From Candidatus Heimdallarchaeum aukensis (GTDB lineage Archaea > Asgardarchaeota > Heimdallarchaeia > Heimdallarchaeales > Heimdallarchaeaceae), in the NCBI GenBank assembly GCA_021513695.1, contig CP084166.1, positions 1,056,001 through 1,120,000 of the forward strand: DNA of 64,000 nucleotides, in the 5' to 3' direction. Each line of letters begins with the position of its first letter. The first letter of the stretch is position 1. Made by a program: the position numbers and the translations under genes. Below the pieces are notes generated by a model. It ran no database searches and was not told the DNA's origin. It saw nothing but the letters and a program-made list of their open reading frames with translations. This document shows, one piece after another, positions 18,934 through 29,611 of this stretch.

Positions 18934-19500
18934 TTATAGAACAGTTAGAATTTTGCTCGTTTGAATAAGATCCTTTACACATCTCACAACTTGAGGTGTA
19001 TCAGGAACCAATGAAAAAGAGACAGAAGTATCAATTTTGTCTTTTACTTGTTCTATTAATGTTGTTACTTTCTCAGAAATCCTAAAAGTTTCTTTCTCTG
19101 AAAGGGTGTCTTGAACAACATCTACAATACTGATGAAAATATCTTTTTCTAATGCTTGATTTAATATTCCAAATAGTTTTTCAGCTTTGTTAAAATGATC
19201 AAGATTCATTCCTTCCATAACAACAAGTAATCCGTGGCATAAATTAAATAAGTGATTAGAAAAAACATCGCTCGTATAATCAAGAATTAAGAATTGTGTC
19301 TTAAACTCCTCATTTTCAATTGTGATATCGCAATTTACAGGGTGATATCCACCTACAAAATCAATTTTTTCAGGAACAGACGCAAAAGGTGAAAGAATCT
19401 TTCTTATTAAGTTATTTTCTCCGTGCACAAGAATCTTAATCCTTTTGGCAAAGTGTTCCATAGCTTCATCTTCATTTTTTTGTTTTAAAAACTTTACCAA
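18934..19500 (-). CDS. Hypothetical protein
   Basis: 188 aa ORF convergent with the previous gene. KILVHGENNLIRK is reminiscent of a G1 region but lacks a Walker A P-loop, so it is not called a GTPase. Confidence 0.35.
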   Translation of the reverse strand: MVKFLKQKNEDEAMEHFAKRIKILVHGENNLIRKILSPFASVPEKIDFVGGYHPVNCDITIENEEFKTQFLILDYTSDVFSNHLFNLCHGLLVVMEGMNLDHFNKAEKLFGILNQALEKDIFISIVDVVQDTLSEKETFRISEKVTTLIEQVKDKIDTSVSFSLVPDTPQVVRCVKDLIQTSKILTVL

Positions 19501-19567
19501 TAAATTAAAGCGTTAAGAAAATATTTTTAACGCGAGTGAAAAAGAGAACTCAAGAAGGATTGGTACA

Positions 19568-20476
19568 ATGTTTGAGCTTCTTGGATTAAGTATTCTAGTT
19601 ATTTTAGGATTATTCGGTTTAGGACTACTTATAGGGGCAATTTCTCCAACTTTTGGAATAGGGGGAGGATTGCTTACTGTTCCTTTGCTCATTTTACTTT
19701 ACGACTTTTCAGGTGAAGTAGCTACAGCAACATCACTAGGTGTTATTATTTTTACCTCCCTAAGCGGTAGTTTAGCATATATTCGTGAAAAAAGAATTGA
19801 CTTCAAAATAGCTTTTACTTTCATGATTTTCGCTATACCTGGTTCAGTCTCTGGAGCGTTGGTTAGCAGATGGTTAAAAAGTCAGAATTATGAAATAGAC
19901 TACTTTCAATACATTTTTGCAGGAACAATGATTATTATTTCAATTTATAAGATAGCAACAATATTCTTTCATGGCAAAAATAACTCATCAACAAATACTT
20001 CCGAAGAAAAAGTTGAAAATGAAAAAGAAGCAACGAAAAAAGTAATAAAAGAAAAATTTACTGTAATAAGATCTTTTGATGATAAGCGTGGAGTACATTT
20101 TGAATATAAAACTAAACTCTTCCCTGGAGTAATTATTGCTTTTGTAGGAGGTTTTATTGGAGCAATGCTTGGTCTAGGAGGAGGAGTAATTTATGTGCCG
20201 ATTTTAACAATGGTTTTAGGGATTCCTGCAGGAATTGCAACAGCTACTTCCACTTTCACCATTCTATTTGCTAATCCTTTTGCAGTAGCTCTAAGATGGT
20301 CTTCAATTCAATGGAATTATGTTCTTTTCCTTTCAATTGGGACAATTATATCAGCAAATATTGTTCCAAAATTTCTACATAAGATTAAGTCAAAATGGAT
20401 ATTAACAGGATTTTGGACATTAGCCATACTTGCAGCTATAAGGTTGTTGCTTAAAGTTTCGGGAGTCAACATCTAA
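19568..20476 (+). CDS. TSUP-family (TauE/SafE, DUF81) sulfite/anion exporter-like membrane protein
   Basis: Duplicated 4-TM halves, each with the signature glycine block (GIGGGLLTVPLLILL and GLGGGVIYVPILTMVLG). Confidence 0.8.
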   Translation: MFELLGLSILVILGLFGLGLLIGAISPTFGIGGGLLTVPLLILLYDFSGEVATATSLGVIIFTSLSGSLAYIREKRIDFKIAFTFMIFAIPGSVSGALVSRWLKSQNYEIDYFQYIFAGTMIIISIYKIATIFFHGKNNSSTNTSEEKVENEKEATKKVIKEKFTVIRSFDDKRGVHFEYKTKLFPGVIIAFVGGFIGAMLGLGGGVIYVPILTMVLGIPAGIATATSTFTILFANPFAVALRWSSIQWNYVLFLSIGTIISANIVPKFLHKIKSKWILTGFWTLAILAAIRLLLKVSGVNI

Positions 20477-20557
20477 AACCTTTTGATTTTTCTTTTTATA
20501 TTAGAAGATAAACCAGATATTTTGCACAAAATCTATAAAAGTGAATAGAATTTTTAA

Positions 20558-21409
20558 TTGATTAAAATGGTTGAATTTATTAAAATCACTCCATCTGTTT
20601 ATGCACATGTTATGGGAGAAACAAGAGGAAACATTGCATTTATTAATTTAGGAACAGCTTTGGCTTTTATTGATTCTGGAATGTATCCAACTGTAGCCAA
20701 AGAAGCTAGAAAGGTTGCAGAAGAAACTACAGGGTTAAAAACAAAATATTTGATAATTACTCATTACCATAGTGACCATATTCTTGGAAATCAAGCCTTT
20801 GAAGATTGTAAAATTATATCTTCAAAAGATACATCTAACTTAATTAAAAAAGTCGCTGAAGAACGTTTTTCAGAAGATAACATAAAAAAAATTATTGAAG
20901 AGAATCCTGAACTTAAAGATAAATGGAAGGAACTACGCATTGTTTTTCCCAATGAAACTTTTGAAGATAGTTATATCCTAAAAGAGGGAAAGAAAGAACT
21001 TGAGATAGTTCAAGTAGGCGGGCATACTAAAGGTAGCTCTTATGTTTATTTCAAAGAAGAAAAAGTAGTTGTTGTCAGTGATTTACTTTTTTCTGAGACT
21101 TTTCCTTATGCTGGAGATGAAACTTCAGATATTTATCAGTGGATAAAAGCTTTAGAAGCAATAACGAAATTACAAACCAACATAATAGTTCCTGGACATG
21201 GGCCTATTACATCAGTAAAAGAAATTGAAAAATATATACATTACTTCAAAGAATTTGTAGAGAAAGTGGAAAAACATGTTAAAGATGGCAAACAACTAGA
21301 AGACATTAATATTGAGAAAGATATACCATCTTTTCCCTATCAAGTTGATGAAACAAGGGTAAAAATGATGGTTGAACAGGTCTACAAAACAATAAAAAGA
21401 AAAGAATAG
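20558..21409 (+). CDS. MBL-fold metallo-hydrolase
   Basis: HxHxDH motif IITHYHSDHILGN plus a downstream His (VPGHGP), as in metallo-beta-lactamase-superfamily hydrolases. Confidence 0.8.
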   Translation: MIKMVEFIKITPSVYAHVMGETRGNIAFINLGTALAFIDSGMYPTVAKEARKVAEETTGLKTKYLIITHYHSDHILGNQAFEDCKIISSKDTSNLIKKVAEERFSEDNIKKIIEENPELKDKWKELRIVFPNETFEDSYILKEGKKELEIVQVGGHTKGSSYVYFKEEKVVVVSDLLFSETFPYAGDETSDIYQWIKALEAITKLQTNIIVPGHGPITSVKEIEKYIHYFKEFVEKVEKHVKDGKQLEDINIEKDIPSFPYQVDETRVKMMVEQVYKTIKRKE

Positions 21410-21421
21410 ATAATTGTAGAT

Positions 21422-22285
21422 CTAATACAATTCTTTAATTATATGCATAGAGTCTATAGATTCTTGTAAACTTAGTTCGTAGACAATCGGTCCTTTAAAC
21501 TTCTTTTTAATTAGGAAATCCATGAATTCTTTTACTGGTAAGTCTAGAGAGCCTAAAGTTTTATGGTCTACAGCAGGAAATCGGCCATCATGCAAATGGA
21601 TTTCAACTATTTTATCGTAATATCTATCCAGAAAACTCATTATTTCAATTTCTCCAGAGTAACCAGCTAATAAATGACCAGTGTCAAAACATATTCCCAA
21701 GTCTAACTCTTCTATTACTTTATACATTAATTCAAAGGGGAATTCGATATTTTCTACAGCAATTTTTTTAGTTGGAAAGTCTATGCTTTCAATTAGTAAG
21801 TTTAAAGATTCTTTAGCATAATTTGTAAATTGGTTTACAGCTAGGTTCTTAATCTTATTGTTGATATTCATTCTCAAGAATTCTACAGTTAAAGAGCCTG
21901 TTGGGTGAATAACATAACAGATTGGATCTAATTCTTTCGTAAGGTTTATTGCATCAGTAAAAGCTTCTACTGCAGCCTTTCTTATATGAGGAGAAAAAGC
22001 AGCGGGTTCTATTCCCCAAAGCGGAAGATGGACTGAAAAAGATAATCCTAATTTACTTTTTATATCTTTTAACAACCCTATTTTGTCTGGTGTAAATAGA
22101 TGGGGAAATACGTATAAAAGATCTCCATTTATTTCTAAATGTTTAAACCCTGCTTCTATTGACTTATTTATTATTGATATAAAATTTAGTTTTGTAATAT
22201 CGATTTCTTCATCTTTTTTACCTTCAAACAGACTAGCTAGATCTGCAAAATCTAAAGGTCTATGTCCAAACAGAAGTTCATTCAC
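21422..22285 (-). CDS. Sugar-phosphate isomerase/epimerase (xylose-isomerase-like TIM barrel)
   Basis: Conserved metal-site pattern of the AP-endonuclease-2/xylose-isomerase-like TIM barrel (VIHP..., GICFDTGH, EIHLHDG). Confidence 0.6.
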   Translation of the reverse strand: MNELLFGHRPLDFADLASLFEGKKDEEIDITKLNFISIINKSIEAGFKHLEINGDLLYVFPHLFTPDKIGLLKDIKSKLGLSFSVHLPLWGIEPAAFSPHIRKAAVEAFTDAINLTKELDPICYVIHPTGSLTVEFLRMNINNKIKNLAVNQFTNYAKESLNLLIESIDFPTKKIAVENIEFPFELMYKVIEELDLGICFDTGHLLAGYSGEIEIMSFLDRYYDKIVEIHLHDGRFPAVDHKTLGSLDLPVKEFMDFLIKKKFKGPIVYELSLQESIDSMHIIKELY

Positions 22286-23605
22286 TTATTCCACCTCTAT
22301 TTTCTTTAAGAAAGGGTCAAAATCTCCAAACATTATTACAGGTATCGATAATAAAATAAACAAAGACACTATTGGTCCTAACCATTTAAGTCCCAAAGAG
22401 TTAGGGTTATCTGGATCATGAATTAAAGGAATAAGTAGAAGAGCTAATGCTTGAAAAATGTTTAGGGGGATTGAGTTAAAACCAGTATACATTCCTGCTC
22501 TTGCTTCATTCGTTTCTTTGCTATCTTTATCGGCGATGTCAGCTATAATAGCATAAGGAAAGAGATAAATTGATGACAAACCTAGTCCCATAAGAAAGCC
22601 AAAAATGTATCCTTGAACATTTACAGGCAGAAATGGTAGTTTACCTACAACTAGTGTCAAAGGCAGAATCAGTGAAGAATAAAGAAAACCACTAATAAGA
22701 CTTTTTTTCTTACCGATTTTCTTTGCGAGTTTTCCCCAAAAGACAAAGGATATCATAACTGTTCCAAACATAGATATTCCAAAAATTGCGAAATCTACTA
22801 TCCCACTAAGCCCTATATATTCAATAAAATCTAGTGTTAAGGATAGAAGAATTGTTACACCTATAGAATATATTCCTTGTCCAATGAGCCAAATTACATA
22901 GTTTTTGTTCTTCATCACAGTTTTTATTTCGTTAACAATGTCCCTTTCGACTGGTTTAATTTCTTTTTCTTTAATTGAAATAAGAGTGGGTAAAAACATC
23001 ATTATTTCTATTACAGCAAAAACGACAACTGAAACTAGTAAAACTATACCTGCTTTACTGTCTATTCCTCCTTGCTCGTTTAGATATCCTGCAATGAAAA
23101 AAGTAAAACCTAATCCTACAATTGTTGCTATCAAGTTTGAAGAGTTTTGTAAAGCAGATACTTCTATTCTCTCATCTTCTCCGGTTATTTCAGGCATCCA
23201 AGACTGATATGGAGTAAGAAGATATCCATAAAACAAATTGAATAATGAATTCCAGATAAGTAACCAAGAAAATACAGCTACTTGGTTATTTAATGGAATG
23301 AACAAGTGTGGAATAAATAACATTACAAATGAAAGAGCTAAAGCTGGTGCCCCTGTCCAAATGAAAAATTTTCTTTTTCCTAATTTCATATTTGGAGGGA
23401 GAATATCAGAAATATAACCAAAAAGGAAACCAGAAAAAGCAATAACTATCTTTCCCACAGCATTCCCAATTGAATTCCAAGTTTGATTCAAAGCGAAGTG
23501 ATTGTTGTATATCCATACTGTTGCTAATGAACTCATATTCATGAAAATAGATGTCCCGAACCTACAAGAACCGTAGAACATTTTTTGCTTTCTCGTAAGG
23601 CACAT
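22286..23605 (-). CDS. MFS transporter (GPH/sugar-cation symporter-like)
   Basis: 439 aa with 12 predicted TM helices and MFS-type loop motifs. Abuts the isomerase gene. Confidence 0.7.
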   Translation of the reverse strand: MCLTRKQKMFYGSCRFGTSIFMNMSSLATVWIYNNHFALNQTWNSIGNAVGKIVIAFSGFLFGYISDILPPNMKLGKRKFFIWTGAPALALSFVMLFIPHLFIPLNNQVAVFSWLLIWNSLFNLFYGYLLTPYQSWMPEITGEDERIEVSALQNSSNLIATIVGLGFTFFIAGYLNEQGGIDSKAGIVLLVSVVVFAVIEIMMFLPTLISIKEKEIKPVERDIVNEIKTVMKNKNYVIWLIGQGIYSIGVTILLSLTLDFIEYIGLSGIVDFAIFGISMFGTVMISFVFWGKLAKKIGKKKSLISGFLYSSLILPLTLVVGKLPFLPVNVQGYIFGFLMGLGLSSIYLFPYAIIADIADKDSKETNEARAGMYTGFNSIPLNIFQALALLLIPLIHDPDNPNSLGLKWLGPIVSLFILLSIPVIMFGDFDPFLKKIEVE

Positions 23606-23648
23606 GGAAAATAGTAGAATTTAAAGTTAAAAAAGTTAACGGGAGAAT

Positions 23649-24389
23649 TTAGCTATCTCCTTGAATTTGGGACGCAACCCATTGTTTAATCATTGAAAAA
23701 GCTTTTTCTTTACCCAAATCTTCCGGAATTATATGTCCTCCTTCATTAATAAAAAGGAGGGTTTTGTCCTTACATGTTATTTTATCATATATTTTTTTTG
23801 CGTGACTTACTGGAACTGATGGATCTCTTATTGAATGAAGAATCAGAGTAGGTACAGAAATTTTAGGTAGATTTTTTCGTGTTTCTTTTAGCAAATCCAT
23901 CAACCAGAAAACACTTTTTGTATAATATTTGTTATAACACTTATGGGCTTTCTTTACTTCTTCATCCTCTATCTCCTCATTAGTATTATATTGAAATGGC
24001 ATCAGCTTTACCAAAAAAGGGAATAACTTAAGAAAAACAGCCCTGAAATCAGGAATTTTATAAGGGGCAGACATTGCTATTGCTCCTGTGATTGAAAGAT
24101 TTTGAGAAGCTAGATATAGAGAAATAGCTCCTCCCATACTTAAACCTGCAACAAATACTTTATCGACCTCGTTTTTAAGTTCAATAAGTTTTTCATTTGC
24201 ATAATTAACAATTTCAAGCCAAGTTAGGTTAGCATGTTCTTCAGCAGTTGTCTCGTGTCCTGGTAGAGTTATGTTATTTACAATATAACCTTCATTTTTC
24301 AGAAAGTTTTCTAAAGGTTGCATTTCAAAATGAGTTCCAGTAAAACCGTGTATCAAGATAAAGCCTATTTTTTCTTGAGACATAAGCAA
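23649..24389 (-). CDS. Alpha/beta-hydrolase (carboxylesterase/lipase-like)
   Basis: N-terminal ILIHGFTG oxyanion region, nucleophile elbow GLSMGG (GxSxG) and a C-terminal His (GGHI). Confidence 0.75.
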   Translation of the reverse strand: MLMSQEKIGFILIHGFTGTHFEMQPLENFLKNEGYIVNNITLPGHETTAEEHANLTWLEIVNYANEKLIELKNEVDKVFVAGLSMGGAISLYLASQNLSITGAIAMSAPYKIPDFRAVFLKLFPFLVKLMPFQYNTNEEIEDEEVKKAHKCYNKYYTKSVFWLMDLLKETRKNLPKISVPTLILHSIRDPSVPVSHAKKIYDKITCKDKTLLFINEGGHIIPEDLGKEKAFSMIKQWVASQIQGDS

Positions 24390-24510
24390 ATATTAGTATT
24401 TTTTCTTTTCAATCTTTTTGTCAAAATAAATTGAAATGATTAGCTTTGATTCAGATTTTTGTCCTTATTAAAAAATTTCAAACACAAAAACACAAAGCTA
24501 AAATAGAAAG

Positions 24511-25101
24511 ATGTTTAATAAATTCTGTATGATTAATGATCTTTGGTTCTGGATAATCATTGGAACAATTGTTATGTTTTTATTTATATGGCTATTTGTA
24601 TCTATTTACCGTGGAATTAAGCATGAAATGTTACAGATTTTAGGTTATCTTTTACTTATTGCAGGCTTGTCTCTTTCTATAGGTAGTTATCCAGCACCAG
24701 CTTATTTTGATATAATTGGAGGTATTTTAGGATATATTGCCTTAATTATCTCTTTCTTTAGTGTTCTAATGGCTAATAGACGTTGGGTCATTAGAAGAGG
24801 AATAAAAAATCTTAACAAATTCAGAAACCTAATGATTTTTGCTTATGCTAGACACCCTCTTACTCTAGCAATGATTATAGTAAGTTTAGCAGTATTTATG
24901 ATTAACAATTCAGTGCTTTCTAATGTTCTTTGTGTAATGGCTGGAATGTGCTTTATCTTATCATCTATTGAAAAAGACCTTTTTTATGAGCAACAATATG
25001 GATATCCTTACAAATTCTACTGCAGCAAAGTTCCTCGTTTTAATCTTATTTTAGGTTTTATTAGATCATTCAAAACAGAAAAAGAAGAAAGTACGGGGTA
25101 A
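24511..25101 (+). CDS. Hypothetical membrane protein (weak ICMT/PEMT-like RHP motif)
   Basis: About 5 TM helices. The ARHPLTL block only partly matches the RHPxYxG methyltransferase motif. Confidence 0.35.
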   Translation: MFNKFCMINDLWFWIIIGTIVMFLFIWLFVSIYRGIKHEMLQILGYLLLIAGLSLSIGSYPAPAYFDIIGGILGYIALIISFFSVLMANRRWVIRRGIKNLNKFRNLMIFAYARHPLTLAMIIVSLAVFMINNSVLSNVLCVMAGMCFILSSIEKDLFYEQQYGYPYKFYCSKVPRFNLILGFIRSFKTEKEESTG

Positions 25102-25109
25102 GTAACAGT

Positions 25110-26399
25110 TTATTCTTCTAAAGTGTCTACTGATGGAATTAGGAATATCCAGAGACCAGCAATCAATGCAAATATTCCACCTAAAATAATTGCTCCACTA
25201 AATCCAAATTTAGAATTTAGCATTAATGTTACAATTAAAGGAGCAAAGAAAGTTCCTAGTCTTCCAGTATTAAAACTCACAGAAGTTCCTGTGGCCCTAA
25301 CTTTTTGAGGAAAGATTTTAGCGAATAAGGGTCCAAAACCGGAGAATATTCCTGTTCCTAGGCCTATAATTATGAAAGATAGAATAAGCATTCCTTTATT
25401 TGTTCCAGCAAAAGCAAATACTGTTGCACCAGTTGCAAGAATAACGGTGTAGCTGAAAAAAGTAATTTTAGGTTTTTCAGTAATATCTGCAATGAATCCA
25501 AAAGAAAGATAACCAATAAAAGCACCTAGTTGAGCTAAAAGAGTAATTTTTCCAACCCATGAAGCATCATCGAGAATAGATTTGAGATATTTTGGTGCCC
25601 AGGAGAAAATAACCCAATATGCCATTAAAGCAAAGAAAGACAGTATTATTCCTAAAAGGAGTGAGAGTTTTACTTTCTTTAGATCTTTAAATTGGTGATT
25701 GAGGGTCATTCGTATATAAGCTGCACCTCTTGGTATAGTTCGCTCTTTTTCATCATCTTCAACTATTTTCATCTCATCTGCGGCTTCTGCCTTAAATATT
25801 AGAAATTTGGGAGATTCAGGAAGAAAGAAAATCATTAAGATTGCGAAAAATAATGAAACTGCACCAGAACCACCATAAGACCATCTCCAACCAATTATTG
25901 GTGTGAGAAAAGAGCCTACAACGGCAGCTAAAGCTGCTCCTAATGGAGCTCCTGTTTGGATAAAAGCACTAGCAGAACCTCGATATTTTTTCGGTATAGT
26001 CTCATTTACAAGCGTGTGTCCTGCAGCCCATTCTCCTCCAATTCCAAACCCTGTAATTAATTGAAACAGTATCAAAGCCGTGAAAGATTGAGCAAAAGAA
26101 CACAACACAACTCCAAGAGAAAAGATCATTATCGAAGCAACAATCATTGTTTTTCTTCCAAAAATATCACTTAGATAACCTAGAATTATTCCACCTAAAG
26201 CAGTCACGGAGAGAGAAGCAGAATAAATTAAAGCTAGTTGATGATCTGTTAAATTAATTTCATCAGGTATATACAACATCAAAAAACTGTACAATATCAA
26301 ATTGTAAAAATCAAATAACCAACCTATCCATGAAAATGATATAACTTTAGTATAATTCCAATTAATATTTTTCACATTCATCTGGCTCAGATGAAGCAT
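25110..26399 (-). CDS. MFS transporter
   Basis: 429 aa, 12 TM helices, GR[KR]-type loop between TM2 and TM3 (SDIFGRKTMIV). Confidence 0.75.
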   Translation of the reverse strand: MLHLSQMNVKNINWNYTKVISFSWIGWLFDFYNLILYSFLMLYIPDEINLTDHQLALIYSASLSVTALGGIILGYLSDIFGRKTMIVASIMIFSLGVVLCSFAQSFTALILFQLITGFGIGGEWAAGHTLVNETIPKKYRGSASAFIQTGAPLGAALAAVVGSFLTPIIGWRWSYGGSGAVSLFFAILMIFFLPESPKFLIFKAEAADEMKIVEDDEKERTIPRGAAYIRMTLNHQFKDLKKVKLSLLLGIILSFFALMAYWVIFSWAPKYLKSILDDASWVGKITLLAQLGAFIGYLSFGFIADITEKPKITFFSYTVILATGATVFAFAGTNKGMLILSFIIIGLGTGIFSGFGPLFAKIFPQKVRATGTSVSFNTGRLGTFFAPLIVTLMLNSKFGFSGAIILGGIFALIAGLWIFLIPSVDTLEE

Positions 26400-26447
26400 T
26401 CTAAAAGTGCTTTTAAAATTGACTAAATAAACCTAATCAAAATTTTT

Positions 26448-26882
26448 TTACTTTAACTTTTCAACTATAATTGCTGGACAAATATTGAAAATTCCAGGGT
26501 GTTTACTTAATTTTTGCTCGAATTCATTCAACTCTTCTAGATCATGGAACCAAGCTTCTATCATTACCATGTGATCACCTGTAGAGGTTGACAAACTTAT
26601 TACTTCTGGTAAGTTTTTTAGTTCTAAAAGTGTTGAAGTGTAGTGTTCTTCCTTAATATCAAAACCAATCATTGCCTCAATTTTATAACCAATTTTTCTT
26701 GGATCCACATCAATAGTAAATTTTCTAATAACACCTTTGTTTATCATTTTTTTTACTCTTTTTCTCACTGTAGCTTCTGTAACAGAGAATTTTTCAGCTA
26801 TTTTGTTATAAGAAATTCTACTATTTTTTTTTAATTCTTGTATTATATCAATATCCGTAATTTTTCTTCTTTGAACAGTCAT
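26448..26882 (-). CDS. Lrp/AsnC family transcriptional regulator (start reassigned to the internal Met, MTVQRR)
   Basis: HTH IIQELKKNSRISYNKIAEKFSVTEATVRKRVKKM plus a RAM domain. The upstream 18 codons of the track ORF cover the palindromic promoter element, so the shorter 144-aa product is preferred. Confidence 0.75.
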   Translation of the reverse strand: MTVQRRKITDIDIIQELKKNSRISYNKIAEKFSVTEATVRKRVKKMINKGVIRKFTIDVDPRKIGYKIEAMIGFDIKEEHYTSTLLELKNLPEVISLSTSTGDHMVMIEAWFHDLEELNEFEQKLSKHPGIFNICPAIIVEKLK

Positions 26883-26919
26883 TTTTTCTACCTTTGTCCA
26901 ACTATACTTTATATGTATG

Positions 26920-26934
26920 GTTCGAATTTCGAAC
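26920..26934. promoter_or_regulatory. Perfect 15-bp palindrome GTTCGAAtTTCGAAC between the divergent lrp-family and peroxiredoxin genes; candidate Lrp operator
   Basis: Seen directly. Sits next to a TATA-like TTTATAT at ~26908-26914. An additional TTTCGAA half-site lies at ~26973-26981. Confidence 0.4.
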
Positions 26935-26994
26935 ATTTTTATTTTGTAATTAGAAAAGATTTATATAAACTTTCGTATATTTCGAATCAGAAAG

Positions 26995-27672
26995 GTGAAT
27001 AAAATGGAAAAAGGATATGAAGAAACCGGAAAAATACCTTTAATAGGGACACAGTTCCCAAAAATGGTTGTAAACACATCTCAAGGAATGAAAAAACTTC
27101 CCATGGATTACAAAGGAAAATGGGTCGTTTTGTTTAGCCATCCTGCAGACTTTACACCCGTATGTACCACTGAATTTGTTAGCTTTCAAAAGCACTATGA
27201 CCAATTTAAAGAACTAAATGTTGAACTTATAGGATTAAGCATGGACCAAGTTTTTAGTCATATAAAATGGATTGACTGGATAAAGGAACAACTAGATGTG
27301 GAGATTAAATTCCCAATAATTGCAGATCATGGAGAAGTAGCTCGTAAACTTGGAATGTTGCATTATAAAGCCACAAATACTGTTAGAGCTGTATTTATCA
27401 TTGATCCTAAAGGAATAATTCGTGCAATTTTATATTACCCAAGTGAACTTGGAAGAAATATGAAAGAAATATTAAGAATGATAAAAGGCTTAAAATTTGC
27501 TGAAGAACACAATGTAGCTATTCCAGCCAACTGGCCTGAAAATGAACTTATTCAAGATAAAGTAATCATACCTCCTGCAGGAGATGTAGAAACAGCAAAA
27601 GACAGACTTGCTCATGCCAAAGCTGGAGAACATGAGTGCTTTGATTGGTGGTTCTGTTATAAAAAAGTATAA
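26995..27672 (+). CDS. Peroxiredoxin (archaeal Prx6/1-Cys-like thiol peroxidase)
   Basis: Peroxidatic Cys motif FTPVCTTE and the archaeal-Prx C-terminal Cys pair [10 protein letters not shown]. Confidence 0.9.
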   Translation: MNKMEKGYEETGKIPLIGTQFPKMVVNTSQGMKKLPMDYKGKWVVLFSHPADFTPVCTTEFVSFQKHYDQFKELNVELIGLSMDQVFSHIKWIDWIKEQLDVEIKFPIIADHGEVARKLGMLHYKATNTVRAVFIIDPKGIIRAILYYPSELGRNMKEILRMIKGLKFAEEHNVAIPANWPENELIQDKVIIPPAGDVETAKDRLAHAKAGEHECFDWWFCYKKV

Positions 27673-27738
27673 TTTTTTTTCTTATCTTTTTATTTTTTAT
27701 AGACAATTTTTAAAAAATGGCTAATGAAAGAATAGTTA

Positions 27739-28584
27739 ATGAATGATGATAAACACATAGAATTCTTAACAACAAAGACTAATCCTGAAGTTAAAATCAG
27801 GTTAATGACAATAAAAGCAAAGAATTCTAAATATTCTAATCGTAATTTTTTTCTAATTATGGGGTGGTTAAGTGAAATTAACTTATTTGAACCACTAGCT
27901 GAACAATTAGCAGAATTTGGTAATGTTTTCATTTATGAACCCAGGGGGTACGGAAAATCTATCACACCTCACAAAAAAGGGCTTTTTTCAATTGAGGAGT
28001 ATAATAAAGAAATATCTACTGTCCTACAATTAAAGGGGCTAAAAGATAAAGAATTCATTATTTTTGGTAGTTGCTCTGGTGGAGCAATGGCTTTCTGCTA
28101 TTATTTGGACGGCAAAGGCCCTAAACCTTTTGCAATGGCTATTATCAGCCCTCAACCACATTACAAAACACCTTTTTGGTTACCTATCTTTGGCCATTTA
28201 CCCAACTTTCTTATGAATTTTATTCAAAAATTAATTATTATTTTTATGAATATTTATCTGAAATTTAAAGATCCTGAGGAAGTAAAAAACGTTATTCATG
28301 CAAAAACACAATTAACAAAAAATGATGCATGGTGTCTTCGTAGATTTGTTCATGAATTCATAATCCCTTACGATATCAGAGATAGAATAGCTGATATAGA
28401 CATTCCTATGGTAATGTTTGTAGGCAAAAAAGACCATTTTCTAAACCTAGAGCAATCAAAACAATTCTTACTTAACCCTAAATCCAAATTAATTGAGCTT
28501 GAAGAAACTGCTCATAGAATTCAAGAAGGAAATGAAAAGAAAATGGCTGAAGAAACAAATATTTTTCTTGAAAATCTACTCTAG
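27739..28584 (+). CDS. Alpha/beta-hydrolase fold protein
   Basis: Nucleophile elbow FGSCSGG (GxSxG) at the expected position. C-terminal His in ETAHRI. Confidence 0.6.
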   Translation: MNDDKHIEFLTTKTNPEVKIRLMTIKAKNSKYSNRNFFLIMGWLSEINLFEPLAEQLAEFGNVFIYEPRGYGKSITPHKKGLFSIEEYNKEISTVLQLKGLKDKEFIIFGSCSGGAMAFCYYLDGKGPKPFAMAIISPQPHYKTPFWLPIFGHLPNFLMNFIQKLIIIFMNIYLKFKDPEEVKNVIHAKTQLTKNDAWCLRRFVHEFIIPYDIRDRIADIDIPMVMFVGKKDHFLNLEQSKQFLLNPKSKLIELEETAHRIQEGNEKKMAEETNIFLENLL

Positions 28585-29519
28585 TGAACTTTCTTTTTCT
28601 TTACTTCTTCTATTTGCTCAATTGTTGGAACTAGTGAAACTATTATTGTTCCTTCACCAGTATTTACTCCAATTATCGGACTGCATACAGACTTATAGAT
28701 AGAAGACAATTCTACTTTTTGTTTAAGTTTGTTTTCTATATATTCTACCCCTTGTTCGTTGTTTAAATGTGTAATAATCATGTTATATTTCCAGCCGTTT
28801 TTTATTTTACTAAGAGTTAAATGAACCAATCGTTTAACCATTGATCTCTTAAAAAAAAGACCAGGAAACTTTGAAATCAATTTCCCTTGTTTAGACATTA
28901 TAGCAACAGGCTTTACCTTCATAAATCTTGTAAAGTCAAGTAGTAGTTTTGATTTTAGTCTTCCAGATTTATAGACATTATCTAATGTTAGAAAACCAAC
29001 TGTAAGAATAGAATATTTTTTCATTTCTTCTAGTATTTCAATTATATATTCCAACTCTTTTCCTTTTTTAGCTAGTTTCGCAGCAGTGAGAACAAGCAAT
29101 CCTTGTACTCCTGAAGCTGAAACAGAATCAATGAGAGTTATTTTTCCTTTAAACTTTCTAGCGATTATTCTAACACTATTAAAAGTTGAAGTTAGAGCTG
29201 AAGAAACAGAAATATAAATGATATGATCATATTTTTGTTTATTTAGCGCATTATCAAAAGCAGTTTGATAATCTGCAATATCTGGTGCAGAAGATTGAGG
29301 TAAATAATCAAGTTTTGCAATTTCATTGTAATATTCTGAAATGGATAGATCTTTTCCGACTTTCCATACTTTATCTTTTAATAAAACATTATGTGGTATT
29401 TGTTCAATATCCCATTCATCATAGAGTTCAACTGGCAAGTCTGCAGCAGAATCAGTAATGATTTTGATTTTCATTCTTATTATGAAGCTAATAGCACTAA
29501 TGTTAAATTTTTCCTCCAA
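28581..29519 (-). CDS. DegV-family fatty-acid-binding protein
   Basis: N-terminal KIKIITDSAADLP and overall DegV/EDD-fold length and pattern. Confidence 0.8.
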   Translation of the reverse strand: MEEKFNISAISFIIRMKIKIITDSAADLPVELYDEWDIEQIPHNVLLKDKVWKVGKDLSISEYYNEIAKLDYLPQSSAPDIADYQTAFDNALNKQKYDHIIYISVSSALTSTFNSVRIIARKFKGKITLIDSVSASGVQGLLVLTAAKLAKKGKELEYIIEILEEMKKYSILTVGFLTLDNVYKSGRLKSKLLLDFTRFMKVKPVAIMSKQGKLISKFPGLFFKRSMVKRLVHLTLSKIKNGWKYNMIITHLNNEQGVEYIENKLKQKVELSSIYKSVCSPIIGVNTGEGTIIVSLVPTIEQIEEVKKKKVH

Positions 29520-29611
29520 AAATTTAGAAATAATTTGTTTTTATTATTTAGTTGCTTGGGAAAAAAACATAAACATCAAAACATAGATAATTTAGAGAGA
29601 GTTGGTTTAAA

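Noticed and set aside
18934-19500. Possible small Ras-like GTPase
   Set aside because: KILVHGENNLIRK lacks the GxxxxGK[ST] P-loop and there is no DxxG. Kept as a hypothetical protein.
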